Assembly: GCA_011109175.1 (NCBI GenBank) | Contig: RDEW01000068.1 | Coordinates: 39,621-103,620, forward strand | Direction of reading: 5' to 3' | Length of the DNA stretch: 64,000 nt | Origin: Dicyema japonicum | Taxonomy: Eukaryota; Animalia; Dicyemida | Part shown: in pieces, positions 13,200-27,191 of the stretch | Numbering within the stretch: position 1 is the first letter of the stretch | Layout: each line of letters starts with the position of its first letter | Translations under genes and position numbers: made by a program | The notes under the pieces: model-generated | The model's database searches: none | What the model saw: only the letters and a program-made list of their open reading frames with translations | Told to the model about the DNA's origin: nothing

Positions 13200-15000
13200 A
13201 TTTGTATAATTTGTGTCATTGATCTTCATTGTATACAGCATGTTGAGTGCCTTCCGGAGCATGATGCGGTGAAAGCTTTCAATACTCTCCATAGCCATTT
13301 TGACAAGCCCCGTGTCCCGCAGTTATAAATTAGGATGGGCACGACAAAGCATTTGTATATCTTTAGCTTTATTTTTATTAGCTTTCTGAAAGCACCAGAG
13401 GCGAGGATTTTCCTGCGGGCTACATCTTCCACATCCCCCAAGAGCGATCCGACCTTCTTATGCCTTCTCCACGTTTCGTTGGATGTCCTCTATTAGCGAC
13501 TGAATGAAGTAAACCTCGTTTTGTCGGTGTTTATTTTCAGCAACTATTTTTTGAATATATGTGGTAGATACTCGTTTACGTAATCGAGAAATTCAGCATC
13601 GTCAGACACCAAGTCTAGATCACCCGCGTAAATCAACTCATAGTATTGGCCTTCGATAGACGATCTGAGTCTCTTAACGCAGCCTAAAGCTAAATAATGA
13701 AAAAAATAGGGGACAGACTCTCCTTGTGGAACTCCCAGAGTGATTTCAAAAAAGTCAGAGGTATACAGTCCGACCCCGAATTGGGGCACCAAGTGCCGCA
13801 AAAACAGGGGTTTAATAAAACAGAGATTTTAAACATCAAAAATCAATTTTAGAAAAATATTCAGTTAATTTATCCCCAGTTATCTTTTTACTTCTTACAA
13901 AATTAAATCAAAAATCGTAAAATTCTTTGAGCATTTCAGGAGATATGTAAAAAATTTTCTTCTCTAACTGATCAAGAGAATCTTGCGTTTCTCTTAGAAT
14001 TGTTTCCATGTTATCGTTTTCTAAACCTTCGTTTCATGTCGCTTTTCAATCAATGGCTCAAGTTTTTCCCCATGGAATTGCAACGAAGAAGTACAGTGAC
14101 TCTCTTTTCCCTGTTTAAATCCAAAAGTATCGTCATTTATTCCGACAAAAGACTTTCTTGGAGTCCTTTTTATATAAAGAGCAGTTTCATCACAATTAAA
14201 AACATTTTGTCTTCCATATTGAATAATTTTCTCGTCAAGAATTTTAAAAAACTCATTGATGTAAGTAATTCACATGAATTTTTTTCTCCACAAATTGATT
14301 TGAATTTAAGTTCATGTCGCTTTTTAAATCTGTCAAGCCAGCCGTGTGAAGCTTTGAAAGTATCAAATCCAATTTTTGAAGCCGTATATAAGGCAATTTT
14401 CTTTATGAAAGGACCTTATATTGATCATCGAATTTAGATTTCTCACAATAAGGCATAAGATCCTCATCCTTGTTCAAGAAAAGGTACAATTGTTTTTTTT
14501 ATTCACGAAATCATGCCTTTACTAGTTTTGAATTTTTTATTATCTGTAACCATTCACAACAAAAAATGTAAATAAACGTGTAAATTAAAATTATATATTT
14601 ATTAATAAAATATAATTTTATTTACTTATAATTTCATTCCCCACAATTTTATAGCGCCCCAAAATTTCCATATTTTTTATCGATTTTCCATTTTACTCTG
14701 CCAAAATGTTGGCCAAAAAAATGCCCCAAAATGCGGGGGTGCCCCACCCCTGGGGTCTGCCCCAATTCGGGGTCGGACTGTACTTTCTCAATTTGACTGC
14801 TAAATGAGTATCTTCTAAGAGCATGGAGATCATTCTAACATCATCCGCGTTGAGAAAGGCTTTCAAGATATGTCGATCCCAAGAACTTCTATACATTTCT
14901 TCTATTTTTGGCATAAAGCTCCAGACCAAAGCTCCAGACCAGCGGTAGACCTTCCTTTTCTGAATCCACTTTGTCCAGGTGATATGAATTTGTTGACTAT
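13200..15000 (-). mobile_element. RTE-like LINE RT remnant, split by a pogo insertion
   Basis: MISMLLEDTHLAVKLRKY resumes as YTSDFFEITLGVPQG across the pogo element; then YAGDLD, LGDVED, PILIYNCGT. Confidence 0.75.
13766..14780 (-). mobile_element. pogo/Tigger-like non-autonomous DNA transposon
   Basis: Perfect 20-bp TIRs CAGTCCGACCCCGAATTGGG with TA on both sides; internal CENP-B-type HTH motif FKASHGWLDRFKKRHELKFKSICGE. Confidence 0.9.
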
Positions 15001-15559
15001 TTTTGATTGGATGTAATACGATAATAGTAAGTTTTTTCCGTAAGGTCGACAATAAAATAATTGGTTTTAGGATAAAAATCAAAAATATTTCAAAATAATT
15101 AATTTTTTAATCCAATATACTTTTAAAAAAATTAAAGATAATTTAAGTAGTTAAAAGTCAATTTCCCCCTTAAGTCCCATTTGAAGGGATTTGGACTGCC
15201 ATTAAAGATGAATCTTCTCAACGGCTGATGAGATGTCAAGAGTCCAGCACTACAAAAACTTGCCCCAATGTACCAAAACTTATAAAAGAACCAAGAGTTG
15301 AGGCTACTCCTAGAAAACACATTGGACAAAAAACTGCCCGATTAATAAAGTCGAAGCGGGCGTCTCTCTAGAACATAATAAAAAAACTCAAAAGGAAATA
15401 CGACATAAAATTGTGGGAAACAAAAAATGCTAAACTAGAAAAATAGAAAAACCCTACCAGAACATACAATGCAATGCGGATGATAAATCGCAAGAAGTTA
15501 GTACAAAAAATAAAACTTCTGAACGCTAATGGAAAAATTCTAATAAACCCCTCGACCAA

Positions 15560-15960
15560 TTAGAAAACAGCGGCTTCTTTGAAAATCTAAATGCTCTTGG
15601 AGAAACATGGACACTCCCACACAATTAGAAAAATCAATTACCTTTGAGGAAGTCGTAAGGGTAATGGACAAAATGAAAAATGGTCGTTCCCTTGGACCAA
15701 AATAGTATCAACTCAGAGTTCCTAAATATGGACCCCTGTGCTAATTGATAAAATTACAACACTTCTATTCTATGTTTGCCAAAAAGAGATACCTATCGCT
15801 TGGCTCTGTTCTACTGATCCCAATCCAGAAACCGAAAAAGCCAGATCGTCCAGTGGAAACCTACGCCCGATAATCTTGCTCAATATTCTACGTAAAGTCT
15901 TGCCATTTGTTACACTGATCCGTGTCAAAGATCAGTGGATGACTGAGACGACTATCCCCT
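15560..15960 (+). mobile_element. RTE-like RT fragment
   Basis: NLRPIILLNILRKVL motif. Confidence 0.55.
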
Positions 15961-16660
15961 GAAAAATACCATCCTTCGCATCCGTAGACGAGAGAGGGCA
16001 GTATAATTCTTTCAAAAATAAAGATAAACGACTCCTTCAAATTGAGTTTTCGTAGACACAGAAGTGCTTGGTAAGCCTTTTTCGTATCATTTTGACACCT
16101 TCAACATAATCTCCTCTACATCCAAAAAAAACACCCAAATAACGCAAATGATCGACATTTCTGACACCATTCAATGTGTACTCCTGTTGAAAAAAACTTG
16201 CTATAATGTAAAATTCTCATGGCTTTTGACTTTTCCATTGAGAGACTTAAGCCACGGGACTTAGAATTTCCTCCAAAAATCCACGTAATCTTCTCTCCAC
16301 ACTACCGGGTTTTTCGAGATGTCTGATATCAGTACGTCGTCCGCGTAAATAATCACATTAGTAATAGAATTCCTGGGAGCAGGAAAATCTATCATAAATA
16401 TATTAAATTACAGAGGACTCAAGACTGAGCCTTGTGGCACTCCCCTATTCATAACAATCTCTTCAGAAATAAATCCTTCACATCTCACAAATGATTTTCT
16501 CCCTGTCAGAAGATTTCTTAATCAATCAAGTAAAGGATTTGGGATTCCAGCTGCGACTAGTTGATAAAACAGAGCGTCATGCCAGACACTATCGAAGGCT
16601 TTCGATATATCCAGACAGACGACACTCAGCTGATATTTGAAATTCCTGGCCTTTTCACTC
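15960..16660 (-). mobile_element. LINE RT core remnant
   Basis: CLDISKAFDSVWH, GVPQGSVL, YADDV. Confidence 0.75.
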
Positions 16661-16884
16661 TTAAGTGCGTCGAGATCTACTACTGAATACAATGGAAGGA
16701 TTTCTGGACTCTGACTCTGTGGAAATAAGATTTCTTCTATCAAACACTAAGAGTTCGAAATGGCAAAACTACATTAAGAGAATTCCTATATAATGTTGGT
16801 ACTCCTAAAAGGGATTCCCTCTCACTTTTGCTGTGTCATATACAGTGAAGTCCCTTATTTGACCAGCCCTTAATTTAATTATTA

Positions 16885-17135
16885 TTTATTAACCCCGGAT
16901 ACACAGAGAAAGAAGTTAAAGTAAACAGCTAATTAAGTGTATCCAGTTTCCACTTCTACAAAACAGAGTCCATCCGAAGAGCAAATGATTCTTTTTCGTG
17001 CCGATCTGGCACTGGGCGTCACCTAGAAAAATGGATCACATGACACCACTAATAGGAAGAGAGAGGAGGAACAGACAAGCAAGCAGAAAACTTCAACCAA
17101 TTAACTACGCAGCACCACATGGCGCCACGCGGCTA
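16885..17135 (-). repeat. SINE-like element, about 250 bp, with (TAA)n-like tail
   Basis: Begins TAGCCGCGTGGCGCCATGTGGTGCTG exactly as the 20835 copy does; ends GTGTATCCGGGGTTAATAAATAATAA. Confidence 0.7.
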
Positions 17136-17589
17136 TATCCCGAGTTATTAATGATATCAGCCTTAAATTGACCAATTCTCAAATTGGCCACACATTATTA
17201 AAAAACATAAAATTTATTTTTACTAATGTTTTTCAATTATTTTATTAAAAAAATAAAAATTTCAAACTAAAAATTTTACCATGTGTTCGAAACCTTCTCG
17301 TTGCAATTATACAAGGCTTAATTGCTTGGTTTAATAGACAAGATTTACTTTGTTTTTTTATAGACAAGAATGACTGCTGGTGATCACCGTGTTTTATTGA
17401 AAGCGCTGAAGAATGTTTACTGTGAATTTCCTTATCGCTCTTCGTTATGAAGTGCGGTCAGTGACTTTCTCCATGTTATGACGACGGTATCAGTTTAACG
17501 CTTACATGCGAGGCGACGTCATTTTTCCTTGCTACAGTCTTCTGTTTCGATTTCTTGTGTGTATTAATTTCCTCTTTTTGATCAGGCAA

Positions 17590-18420
17590 ATGAAGCGAAT
17601 TAACCCAATGGGCCTGAAAATCTCCGCAAGAAAAGCTCTGAGAAGCAGAAGATAATGAGAGGCTGTTTAGACTTGTTAGTGAAGAACCAACGCGTGGAAA
17701 ACAATCAATCGGATGCTGACAATGATGAAGCCGTGGCTGTCATCCAAGAGAGCATCAGAAATCCTGTAGACACAGAACTCTAACTGATTGTAATAATCAG
17801 GATGCAAGTTCGTCGCAAAAATGGAATCCAGATGACGCTGATGACTTTAATACCCTCAACGATGAATCAGAAGGTAACAACAACATTAAAGTTTATTGTA
17901 TTATTTTATGGGAGTTAAAATAAAATAATCAATCTTATTGGTGGTTAAAAATAAAATTATTTCCAAAGTAAAGAAAGCCAGATAAATCAGTCTGATGTTA
18001 GATTTCACTCAAAGTGTATCTCATGAATATCAAATCGTGGAGATTTTGAGATACATCCACGTCAGTGAAAGTTATGTAAAATTAGAGTTTTTTATTTCTT
18101 TCAAGTTTCTGAGAAAAACTTAGTGAAGAGGGTGAGCTTAATGATAGTTGAATTGACTTATATGATTGTCGAGGACAAGCATACGATATCGCCTTGTGTT
18201 ATTAGTGGTGTTCGCCAGCCCAGTTTATCAATTGTAGAAACCAAAGCTTTCTGAAAGCTTATGCCTCATTCGTAGGCTCGCTGACATGTTTTCATTTTTG
18301 GTAAAGCTAAACTCGTTCGATGTTAAAAACAAGGAAAATTTGAAAAACCTTGTAACGACACCATTTTGAGACTGACGTGAGCACATCCTCTCTTTACGGA
18401 AAAATCGTCGATTGTCTTAC
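17590..18420 (+). mobile_element. hAT transposase remnant (ZMYM1/PRKRIR-like)
   Basis: CRGQAYD motif near 18165; otherwise decayed. Confidence 0.45.
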
Positions 18421-18429
18421 ACTTTTCCG

Positions 18430-20200
18430 AAATGGAACAAGAAAATTTTTCAAAAAATGCAAAGGATTTTTCTTGTTTCTATAGTTGAGCTTGTTAGAAT
18501 GTTTTTCAATCCTCCAATATTCTGAAAGCAGTGTTCATAAAATATTTCACTTTCTCTAAGACAGTTCTCGAAGAACTAATCGTTTTGATGAATCTATAGA
18601 AGTTAAGGGTTCATCTCTGGATCCAAACCCCCATCTGCTGTCGACCTCCCAGTTCAAAATCAACTTTGTTTTTGGACAGGAAAACATGGTTTTTCCAATC
18701 TAACTAGCTCATTGAATATTTTTTTGTGATGGTCATATCGGTTGGTTCATGTTTTAATAATTCTGCAGATATCCCGCCGGGGTCTGATAATTTTTATGAA
18801 TTATGCTGTAATGAAGTTCCCCCAATGTTATTTGGGTTTTAAACCACCAGAATAACCTTTGATTGCATATCTCAGATTCACTCACGTTTAGTGGTCCTTT
18901 GAAGAGTTGTGACACAACAAAGGAAAGTAATGAGGGTATTAATTTGAGGCTTCTCACCACAAGTCCTATCATAGCTTGGACTCTCCTCTGCGCCCCAAAA
19001 CTCCCCCCTGCGACATACGAGTCAATGATGGCATCCCTTTTTAGGAAGTTTACCATTTTTTCTCTGCCGCGTCTCTGATCGACATTACTAACAATTTTTC
19101 ATCTTCATCTAACTGCTCGAGGAGCCTTTTGCGTAGGGCAATCTAGATCCTTGCTCTCCTTGATTTTTCAAGAGGCAAGATAAAACGCTCCTTGTATGCA
19201 GTTAGTACCATCCTCTGGTCCATGGAGGAACTATGGAATGATCTCATGTAAAAAATAAAAACATGTCCGTTTTGAGTCTTAATTTCTTAATACACGAGAT
19301 CGGAGGTTTGCTTTCTTCCTTCGGAGTTTAAAGTCACATTATGTACTCCCAGTTTTCTCGAAAGCTGTTCCGAGATTTCACAGTATCGGTTCCACATAGG
19401 GAGCTTTGCTGATGTCCTTTCGATTTACTTTGACAACTTTAATCCTTTGTGACCGCACCAGTCTTTGATCTCTTCCATATATAAATTGAGTTTGTCTCTG
19501 AAATCAAACTCAATCTCGACAATTCAGACAGTAGCACATTGTCTGCGTATATAAGAGATCTCGTACTTAGTGACTTCGGAGACGGGAAACCGGCCATTGA
19601 AGCATAAAATAATAGAAGTCACAAAATTGATCTCTGTGGGACTCCTCTTTTCAACAATATCATATTTGAAAAATTGCGTCCGCATCTAACATAGGCGTTG
19701 ACCGATTATGGCTCTGTGGTTAACACTGTCAAATGCTTTTGAGATGTTGAGACATATGACGTTCAAGAAACATCTGGATTCTCTGGTTTGGCATAATTCG
19801 GAGTTGTGATGAAATAGGCAATCAAGAATTCTTTCTGAAATAGTCTTACAGGTTTGAAAGCCTCCAAAAGACAACTTTTTCCATTATTTTTGAAATATCA
19901 AGATACGCTTTCAAGTGATCCCCGGTATATAGCTGATTCCTTCTTTGGTTTTTCTGTCTTTTCAACCATCCTTACAATCGTTTTCTTCACTCTTGTCCAA
20001 CATGACCAATCCTAATATTTGTATTGAACATGTCCTTGAGAATTTCTGAGCCTTCTTTTAACATCTTGGCTTTGATAAAATCAATGCCCGGAGCTTTATT
20101 CGCTCAAATAGCAAGCAGCGCTCAGTGGGATCTCCTATTCGTGTAGAAATCTGATTCACTAGAAAACTCAGGAATTGTTAAAAAAGCACATTTACATATT
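18430..20200 (-). mobile_element. Non-LTR retrotransposon remnant (RT plus C-terminal region)
   Basis: CLNISKAFDSVNH, GVPQ, YADN; C-terminal FLKRDAIIDSYVA shared with 33700-34609. Confidence 0.7.
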
Positions 20201-20479
20201 AATTTTTAGAGAAAACACTCAACATTCAATCAATTTAGGGTGCACGTCGTAAGAAAATTTGCTCAATGATGAGCTCATCTTGCTTATTTTTTCCCTCTTT
20301 ACGGTAAACGACACAACACAATCCAGTTCGTTCTAATCTTAATTATCTCCAAGGTTTTGATAACAGCAGATTCAAAAATTATCACAATCGATTAAGTGAT
20401 TTTGTCAATAATCATAATTTACCAGCCGAATAACTAGAACTTCAAATATTAATTAATTTAATTTGGGATGCTTGAATGA

Positions 20480-20815
20480 CCAGGTTGTCGGCAATGGCTA
20501 TCAGATACGCTTTCAAGACATCCAATTTAGCGTTAATCCTTAGAGATCATTGAGTCGAGCCGACAGACTAGGTCGTCCTCTTTTGAGCCAATGATTCCTG
20601 ACGTCTCAACACTAAAAGGGACAAACAAATGGTTCTCCGAAATGCTTTGGTATTTCCTTCTCTAGTGATCTTCGGCTTGCTTAGAGGCCTTGGCAAACGA
20701 AGAAGCAGTAAATTTTCCTGAGAGTAGGTGTCAGCACACATAGCGTCTCACACAAGATTTTGGTTTTAGCAAAAAGTAAGGTCGTCATCCGACCCCGTTA
20801 GAGACCAATGGGATT
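20480..20815 (-). mobile_element. CRE-like 3' fragment
   Basis: MCADTY, KYQSISENHLFVPFSVETSG. Confidence 0.65.
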
Positions 20816-20834
20816 CAAAAATTTTATGGACTTA

Positions 20835-21135
20835 GCCGCGTGGCGCCATGTGGTGCTGGTTAAAGTTTTCTGCTTGCTTGTCTGCTCCTCCTCTCTCTTC
20901 CAAATAGAGTAGCGTCATGTGATCCACCTCTCTAGGTGGCGCCCAGTGCCAGGCCGGCACGAAAAAGGATCATTTGCTCTCCCTCACTCCACTGGAGGGG
21001 TTTCCACAACTGCATGTAATGGACGTCTTGCCTTTTATGCCGATTCTGGATGGACTCTGTAGAAGTGGAAACTAAATACACTTAATTAGTTGGTTACTTT
21101 AACTTCTTTCTCGGTGTATCCGGGGTTATTAAAAA
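20835..21135 (+). repeat. SINE-like element, about 300 bp
   Basis: Same ends as the 16885-17135 copy plus a roughly 65-bp internal segment that is partly shared with the 10893 copy. Confidence 0.7.
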
Positions 21136-21469
21136 AATGTTAAAAGACAATAGTGTCAAACAGAGTAAATCACATTTTTAACTTCATGTTGAGACAGTAA
21201 TGCCTAGGAAACGGTCCGCACTCAATATTAAAGACAGGGGATGATAACCATAGGGATTTTTAAAAAAATTACCACAGATTCCTGCTTCGTCAGATTTATG
21301 GTAGTCATCAACGTTAACTTCCCATCAATTGAATTCTTTAGTGTCGACTCACTGGAATCCATTTTCATTGATGCTTGGAACCCTTAAAATCAGTATTTCC
21401 CCATTTTTCTAGACTCCCAAAGTAATGCTAGTAAATATACATAATAATTTGATAAACAGAATACCCACT

Positions 21470-21820
21470 CACAAAGGATACGGACAACTGCCTGAGGGAA
21501 TTACAATCTTTCCGTTTGAGGAGGGATGACTAGTGCTAGACGTCATCTGTATCGTCTCTATCTCATATTGGCATTATCGGGAGCTTGGTAAATGCATTAT
21601 CTGCCGCAGAAAAGGCGGATAACTATAAAAAGAATAAATACACAGAACTTCTCGACCAGTCCACGTTCCGCTGCTACCGAGGGAAATGGAGGTATAATGT
21701 CTTTTTTCGAAAGACTGGGACTTCTGTGTACATTCAGAAGGCATAGCGAGGATGAGTTAATCTTTGCCGCCACCGTGAGAGGCAACGCCTTAATTATATC
21801 GGCGGGGGACAATAGGTAAT
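21470..21820 (+). mobile_element. CRE-like 3' fragment, degenerate
   Basis: PEGITIFPF, EKADNYKKNKY, FFERLG, VRGNA. Confidence 0.55.
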
Positions 21821-24098
21821 TCCTTGATCTTGACTCGTTCCAGCAGAACCTCCACCCAAGAACAATGATCCAGAGGACTTGTACGAGGACTAAAGGTCGA
21901 TTCCAATACTCGTAGCCAGGGAGCAAAATTGTCTCGCGGTGGAATGAATAGATGGATCTTTGGTATCTCCAGAGTAAGGTGGATCAAATGACGTGACAGA
22001 GGAATGGAAGAAAAATCTTCAATCAAGTAGCAACATATTACCACGTGGTCATTGACAATAAATGCTATTGTTTTAAATTAAATTATAAAATAAATTTTGG
22101 TTTAACAGAATAATTAAAGAAATCTTTAATTATCGAATAAATAAAAATCAATAATTAATTTAATTTGAAAATCAATAATTGCTGACGTGTCTGAATTTAG
22201 TGGTTCTCCTATTTATCTTCATTTCTATTGAAGGAGAAAAGTCAGGGGGATAAGTTGTTAGAATTATGTTAACTAAAACAGGTGATCGTGATAAAAATTA
22301 ATTTGAATAATGAATTTAAAAATGAAAACTTTTAACAAACTACTCACATTTCTTCTTGAAGGCGGAAATGTGCATGTTCCTCCAATTTGATAAAGGGATT
22401 CGAACCCAGACATTAGCGCACGCAATGCCTCCTTATTTCCTTAAGTTAGTGGATCCAATATTTTCTGACTTCACAAAGTGAATCAGGGTCTACATCTTCC
22501 TTGAAGAGACAGGACGTGTACATAAATAAGCTAAAGTGTACCAAAGCGACGCCACAAACTCAACCATCAATCACTATCGGTCTTATCGATATCTCCAATA
22601 ATGCTGACTAATCCAATTAATGATAGGAATGAAATGAAAATTAAAAGTCAAATTTAGAACAGTTTAGTTAAGTTTAGTTAATTATTTAGGAAAAACAGAA
22701 ATTAATCAGAACCAATTATTTGTGTTTCTGTATGGCAGATGACACTTTATCGATACTGTTACCTACTATTCTCTCTACTTCTTTTCCCCCTTTTAGGATT
22801 ACTACTGTAGGAAGAGAAGAGACCTACACGTGATTAAATCAATACATTGTATAATTCACCCATACCACTAATTTCGTCGACATCCATTTTGAAAACATCG
22901 AAGTCTTTGTTTTCTCGTTGTAATCTCTCTAATTGGGGGGCGAAAATTTTACATGGGCCGCACCATCTATAAAAATAAGGTGTAAAGATAAAACGTGGCA
23001 TAGAAATAAAGTAGTTGGGGGATCGGCGACTCAGCAGATATCAGGTTGGAAACCTCACTTTCAGATTCAATGACTTTAAAATTTCCAGACATGATGCGAA
23101 CAACTGGGAAATCAGCTAACGACTAACGTTCAAATAATTAAAATTTTATTAGTGACTTTTTATATTTTAATATCAATTTAAATTTAATAAAAATCGCAAA
23201 AATGTGGTGCATTTAATAATAAAATTAAAAGAAGATTGTTATTCTTAATTATAAAAACTTGAAGTTCAAGAAGTGTATTAGTCAGTTTAATTCTCCAATA
23301 CTCCTAATAATACTTTTTTCTATCAGAAATGTTACTGACGTTTATTAAGACAGAACAGACAGTGATTAGTCACATCTGGATCATCTATTATAATAATTAA
23401 CAACATGAGTCAAGATTCCCTCTCATGGCTTCTTTTTGCAGGCAGACTGTAGTGAATAGTTCGATTGTCAAATCCTTCAGTCGATTTCTGGGGACGGCAA
23501 CATCCCCAGATCACATACGTCCAGTATAAGTCTCCATATTGGTGCACCAATCTAAATTTATGTTCTGCTCACCCATTAAACGTGTATGATAGTTATTCTA
23601 ATAAAGAAGACATCACACTAACAAATTCAGTCAATAATTGACTCCATAGACGAGATTTCAATGCTTGCTGAAAATAAGGAATTGCGAAAGAAAAGTGAGA
23701 TCACAAAGCACTGCTTCTTCAAAGACAGGCTTATACAGAGGAGTAACCCTAACCTAGAATGCCTGTCGTTTCTAAAAACATAACTTTGATTGTGAAACAT
23801 TCATATTTACTAGGGTTTGTTTGAGTGAGAAAGATAGGTGTATGATTCAGGTAAAACATCCCCATGTTGAGGGTGAAACTTACGAAAAATTTGTCTCAAA
23901 AGTTTAAGGTCGAGGATTTCGCAAGCACGTCAGAAAGTAGACAGAAACCCCCCGTGAGCACAGAGGTGACGATTTAACAAAATAAGGCGAGAGACGTTGT
24001 CCCGACGATTGGTCCCCCATGACCCATTTAATTAGGTGCACACTCTACTAAAACATTAAATGTAACAACATGAACTATCAAATTTATTAAAACAACAA

Positions 24099-24682
24099 TT
24101 ATCTCAGTTTCCTGGAAATCTCCGAAAACTGGGAGTTCATCCTTGCGATCTAAACATGAGGAGAAAGAATAACAAAATTATTAAAGGTCTCAGATATTAA
24201 TGAGATTTGCCTGACTCTGGAGACAACAAGAGTCCTATGAATGAGAATAAGCCCACGTGCAAGGATTGGTTCATTTGAGTCAACTTGACGAGCTCGTCTT
24301 CCTTCAGTAAGACGTCTTTGAGTTTTTCATCGAAGAGATATTTTCTGTTTTCAATGATTACTTTCAAATTTTCCAACACGTGCTCGTTTGCTTAAATTTA
24401 TATGCTTTAAACTCAAATTTTCAGTTTCTTTGATCTGCTCGAGAGTTTTGATGAAATCCAAAATATCTAAGATTTCGTTTTTTCTAGGAATTTTATCAAT
24501 TTTAGCGTCAATTTGCTTTAATTTGTCCAAAATCTTTAGTTCTGGCTTATAAATATCACCGTTTCATTTCCCTCCAATTTTGAAGGAACGTCAGTCCCAA
24601 AACACAACAAGGTTAAGTCGTTTATTCGTTCTTCCAGAGTCTCCAATTGAAATGAGTCACTTTCGATCATTTTACTTCCCAT
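24099..24682 (-). CDS. Dynactin subunit 3 (p22/p24)-like protein, 4 micro-introns
   Basis: Spliced product LETLEERINDLTLLCFG..ILDKLKQID..LVKLTQMNQSLH..SETFNNFIARMNSQF resembles the DCTN3 pattern as I recall it. Introns of 26, 22, 22 and 24 nt; one frameshift. Confidence 0.55.
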
Positions 24683-25217
24683 TGCACAATTATTGTATTT
24701 TTGACACACAGGGAGTGATAATGCAAATTTAATTTAATTAGTATAATTTATTATCCAAAAATCAATGAGAAATAATTTAATTTTATTTTTAACCTTCGAT
24801 CAACTCAAATGATGGAAATATGCGGTTAATGGGGGAGTGACACCAAAGGCAGGTGTCTGAATGATAAATCAAATGGAAGCGATGATCTTTCTTGTGGCAG
24901 TTACGTGTGAAGAACGGGCACAGTGACGAATCAGATTGTCCAATTTCCTCTTATAGGGAAGTAATGCAGGATAATGCCCACCGCGATGATGTAATAGATA
25001 GACTCGAACATTCCGAAGTGGGGTACTTTTGCTTTCATCGATTTTTGGTGGGCGTCCGACAAGCTTAATACAATCCTGACATTTTGAATTGTATTAGTCG
25101 CAATCCAGTCATTAACAGCCTTAAGTTATGAAGAATCGATATATTTTGCCGGTAAAGAATGTAGGAATTGGGTGGGAACAATCTTTCTGATGTTCGATGA
25201 GTTCCTGAGTTTGCATG

Positions 25218-25366
25218 TTGACTCGAATTTAAAAACCCAAATAATGGGACATCAGATGGACTCATTTGATTGACTCGAATTTAAAAACCCGAATAATGGG
25301 ACATCAGATGGACTCATTTGATTGACTCGAATTTAAAAACCCGAATAATGGGACATCAGATGGACT
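25218..25366. repeat. 52-bp tandem repeat, about 2.9 copies
   Basis: TGACTCGAATTTAAAAACCC recurs at 25219, 25271 and 25323. Confidence 0.95.
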
Positions 25367-25698
25367 AATATGTTCATTTTTTATCATTGAGCAGGAAACA
25401 CAATTCTGCCTCAATATTAACGACAGGTGGTCCCGAATGCCTTGATTTAAAAACTGCACCATAATGCTCTGCATTAGCAAGAACTCGCTTTTAGAGTAAA
25501 GACCGCTATGCTATGTCTTGATTACATCAAAAATAAAATAAAAAAATATCCTCACCACGTGGTCCTTAAAATATCACAATGAGACTACGATTTGCCAAGT
25601 TAATAAAAATTGATTTTATTATAATCAATAAAAATAACTAAAATGACAATTGCAAACCAATGAATTAAAAAAGAACGTGTTAGAATTTAATGGTTAAT

Positions 25699-27191
25699 CT
25701 AATTTTTCCGCCGATAAGAGCGCCTTCCCTTGTCGTCCACAGCAGAGAGATACCACACTCCCTCACCTATACTGTCCACCGAATGAACCGGGTCATAGGG
25801 GACTAGTCATCAAATAGAAACACAACATTTGTCATACGCCTTCTCCCGTTGAAGCATCACCTCAGTGTACTCAATTGGGGATATTTTCTGTCTACTTTCT
25901 AACATGCTCGCGAAATCCTTGACTGATTCCTTCAGTTTTTCTGAGACGGACTCATCGTCCGAGAATTTCAGTCTAAACATGGAGGAGGTGTACCCCGAAC
26001 CATATGAAAACATTAATATGGTCTTCCCTGCCAAACAACTCCACCTAAACCAATAAAACCCCAAATTACTGAGAAATTTGAGAAATCAGACTCACATAAA
26101 GTGAAGCAGTGTAGGAATTACCGATAATCTTGTTGAACATGAGACCGGGAGCAGACTTGGCGTCAAAAAGAGAGGCTGAGGCTTTCACATAGTACTTCTC
26201 GACTTCCTTTGAGGTGGTGAAAGCAGAACTATCTACTTCAAGAGATCTGGAATTGATATCAAATTATCACTGAAAGTTGGGTGGAAGATTATCTCTGTTA
26301 TCATAAAGATAAAGTAAGGCCAGAGATTTGACCACCAATTTGCTGAAGGGGCAATGCATGAGGACAGCATCATTTGACTGAATGGGGGAGGAATCAGCTA
26401 AAGTAAATACTAATTATTGAAGTGAGTCAATTGACTGTAATTAATCGACCTTTATAGTTCCGATAGCATCCAAGTAGGGCCTCATAATAGCACTTAATTG
26501 AAAGGGATCCATCCACCAGGGGATACTCAGAACTCATGTCTGGCTTGTAAAAGTCATATGCGTGGGCCATGTAGCTTACCTTAGACCCTAATTATTATAA
26601 ACAGACGGGACAACCATTTTCAAGTAAAATAGCCGCATTTGGCCCCACGAGGACTGCAACTGCTCCAACCCCGCCTGTACAACGGGCATTGCCAGGATTA
26701 TAAACTGCAATATCCGCCATCACAACCAAGGCAAGTCTCCGTCCTTACTTTAATAGCAAAGTCAAACCATCCCAAGCAGAAGACTCAAGCCAATTTACGG
26801 CGTTGAAGAGAGCTGCAGTCCCTCCGTAACAGGCATTGATGTTGTCGACCCCTTCGACGTCGAAATTCCCACTTTCCTCAAACAAGGCCATCAAGTAGCT
26901 TTTCACTGACTTGCATTTGTCAATCAAAGATTCTGTCCCCACATCAAGTCTCCCAATGTCCTCATAGTTTACGTTGTAAGTCTTCATGAGTTTGTCCACG
27001 GCAGTCATGGAAATCGAAACGACGTCTTCTCTATCACCACAAAATGCCATCTTGGTTTGTCCAAGTCCAATGGTGTAATTACCCGCTAAAACACCGCTAT
27101 ACTTCTCGAACTCCCCCTGGTCGACATACTGGGGAACGTAGGCACTCATTCCCAGTATTCCAAAATCTTTTCTCCTCGAGTTGCAATTCAT
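25699..27191 (-). CDS. HMGCS1: Hydroxymethylglutaryl-CoA synthase, about 6 short introns
   Basis: [66 protein letters not shown]. Introns of 24, 27, (26 or about 50), 24, 25 and 21/24 nt. Confidence 0.95.

Noticed and set aside
21597-22044. Minus-strand ORFs of 109 and 84 aa as a host gene
   Set aside because: No clean spliced model; the overlapping plus strand is explained by a CRE-like remnant.
23390-23830. Possible minus-strand gene with micro-introns
   Set aside because: GT..AG candidates exist, but I found no continuous frame or recognisable motif.
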